Origin: Iphione sp. A-MEVVRFRX5
Lineage: Eukaryota
NCBI GenBank assembly: GCA_976226885.1
Contig: OZ320313.1
Coordinates: forward strand, 156,178,001-156,242,000
Length of the DNA stretch: 64,000 bases
Direction: 5' to 3'
Notes under the pieces: generated by a model
Told to the model about the DNA's origin: nothing
The model's database searches: none
The model's input: only the letters and a program-made list of their open reading frames with translations
Shown here: positions 63,324 to 64,000 of the stretch, one piece after another
Position numbering within the stretch: the stretch's first letter is position 1
Layout of the letters: each line of letters begins with the position of its first letter
Position numbers and translations under genes: made by a program

Positions 63324-63540
63324 TTGGCCGACCCCACGTGCTAGGAATGACGCTCTGGGTGGTGAGAATGGACCACCATGGAGGAACCCCCTGGAGGCTT
63401 GCTCCTGCCAGTGGGAGGTCCCTCCAGCGGATACCTCACGCCCCTCCGCCCTGGAGTTCACACTGTCCGGTTCGGTAGGGAGGTGGGGCCAAGACGCGTT
63501 CTGGGATGGGACGGCATTTGTAGCTATCAATTCCACGTAG
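63324..63540 (+). mobile_element. Possible decayed DIRS/Ngaro RNase H fragment
   Basis: PWRNPLEACSCQWEVPP...PSALEFTLSGSVGRWG..AFWDGTAF resembles WWxxFLxxWNG..PP...PDLELFTDASGSxGxGAY.xGxWF. Confidence 0.35.
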
Positions 63541-64000
63541 AAAGAGATTGACCACTACATTCTCTAAGTGTGTTCAACCAATAATTTCTGTGGGAGGTAA
63601 TGGAATAAGGAATGAGCCCATTGCACCTTGTAATGTGTATAGACCTTCCATTATGATCTCTGTCTACGGTATAGTCCCGTTCGACGACAGTTAAATAAAT
63701 AACATGCATAATCAGTATAGAAACGAATTTGTGGCACTTATTGTTTAGTAGGATGATTTTCCGTGCCACAGTAAAAGTGTTTACAAAAACTGTAACAAAT
63801 GGCCCTAATCGTTGTGGGTGTATTTTAATTGGGTCTGACTGACTGACTAAAGGTTGTGTGCCCTAGTGTCCCACGGCTCATTTTCCACTCGTTAACAGTC
63901 ATGAATTGCTCCTAGCTTTCAAGTGGTGTTGGCTTTCCAATACGTGTTCCTCTGTAATCGTATCTTTTTCGTCCATTTTTTTCCTGGGGCTGGGGGTTTT

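Noticed and set aside
1-64000. tRNA, rRNA or tRNA-derived SINE heads
   Set aside because: By eye I found no A/B-box pair with a cloverleaf and no rRNA-like conserved segment; tRNAscan-SE or Infernal would be decisive.

Overview
Eukaryotic (invertebrate metazoan, probably cephalochordate or lophotrochozoan; inference from GT-AG introns, repeat types and gene content) genomic window. The main feature is the 5' part of an ADGRV1 (GPR98/VLGR1/USH2C) orthologue on the + strand. I assembled it by hand into 27 phase-consistent GT-AG coding exons (9221-31897, 5340 nt, 1780 codons). They encode a signal peptide, tandem Calx-beta repeats, a LamG/pentraxin domain and further Calx-beta repeats. An RFX X-box flanked by CCAAT boxes lies about 4.3 kb upstream of the ATG, consistent with a ciliary-gene promoter. 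The last exon found ends in a strong donor (31897), yet I found no further Calx-beta exon in the remaining 32 kb, whereas the 26 earlier introns are only 184-3979 bp. That distal region is rich in transposon relics (Penelope-like RT, LINE, possible DIRS/Ngaro, a Harbinger-type MITE) and CpG-rich islands. It also holds an intact terminal exon of a C-type lectin gene (EPD/WHD variant) on the - strand at 54330-54568, which the supplied ORF track missed. The first 3 kb contain decayed LINE ORF2 sequence. There is a 137-N assembly gap at 12524-12660. No tRNA, rRNA or CRISPR array was found. Comparisons with human ADGRV1 and with transposon motifs are from recalled sequence knowledge, not from database searches.
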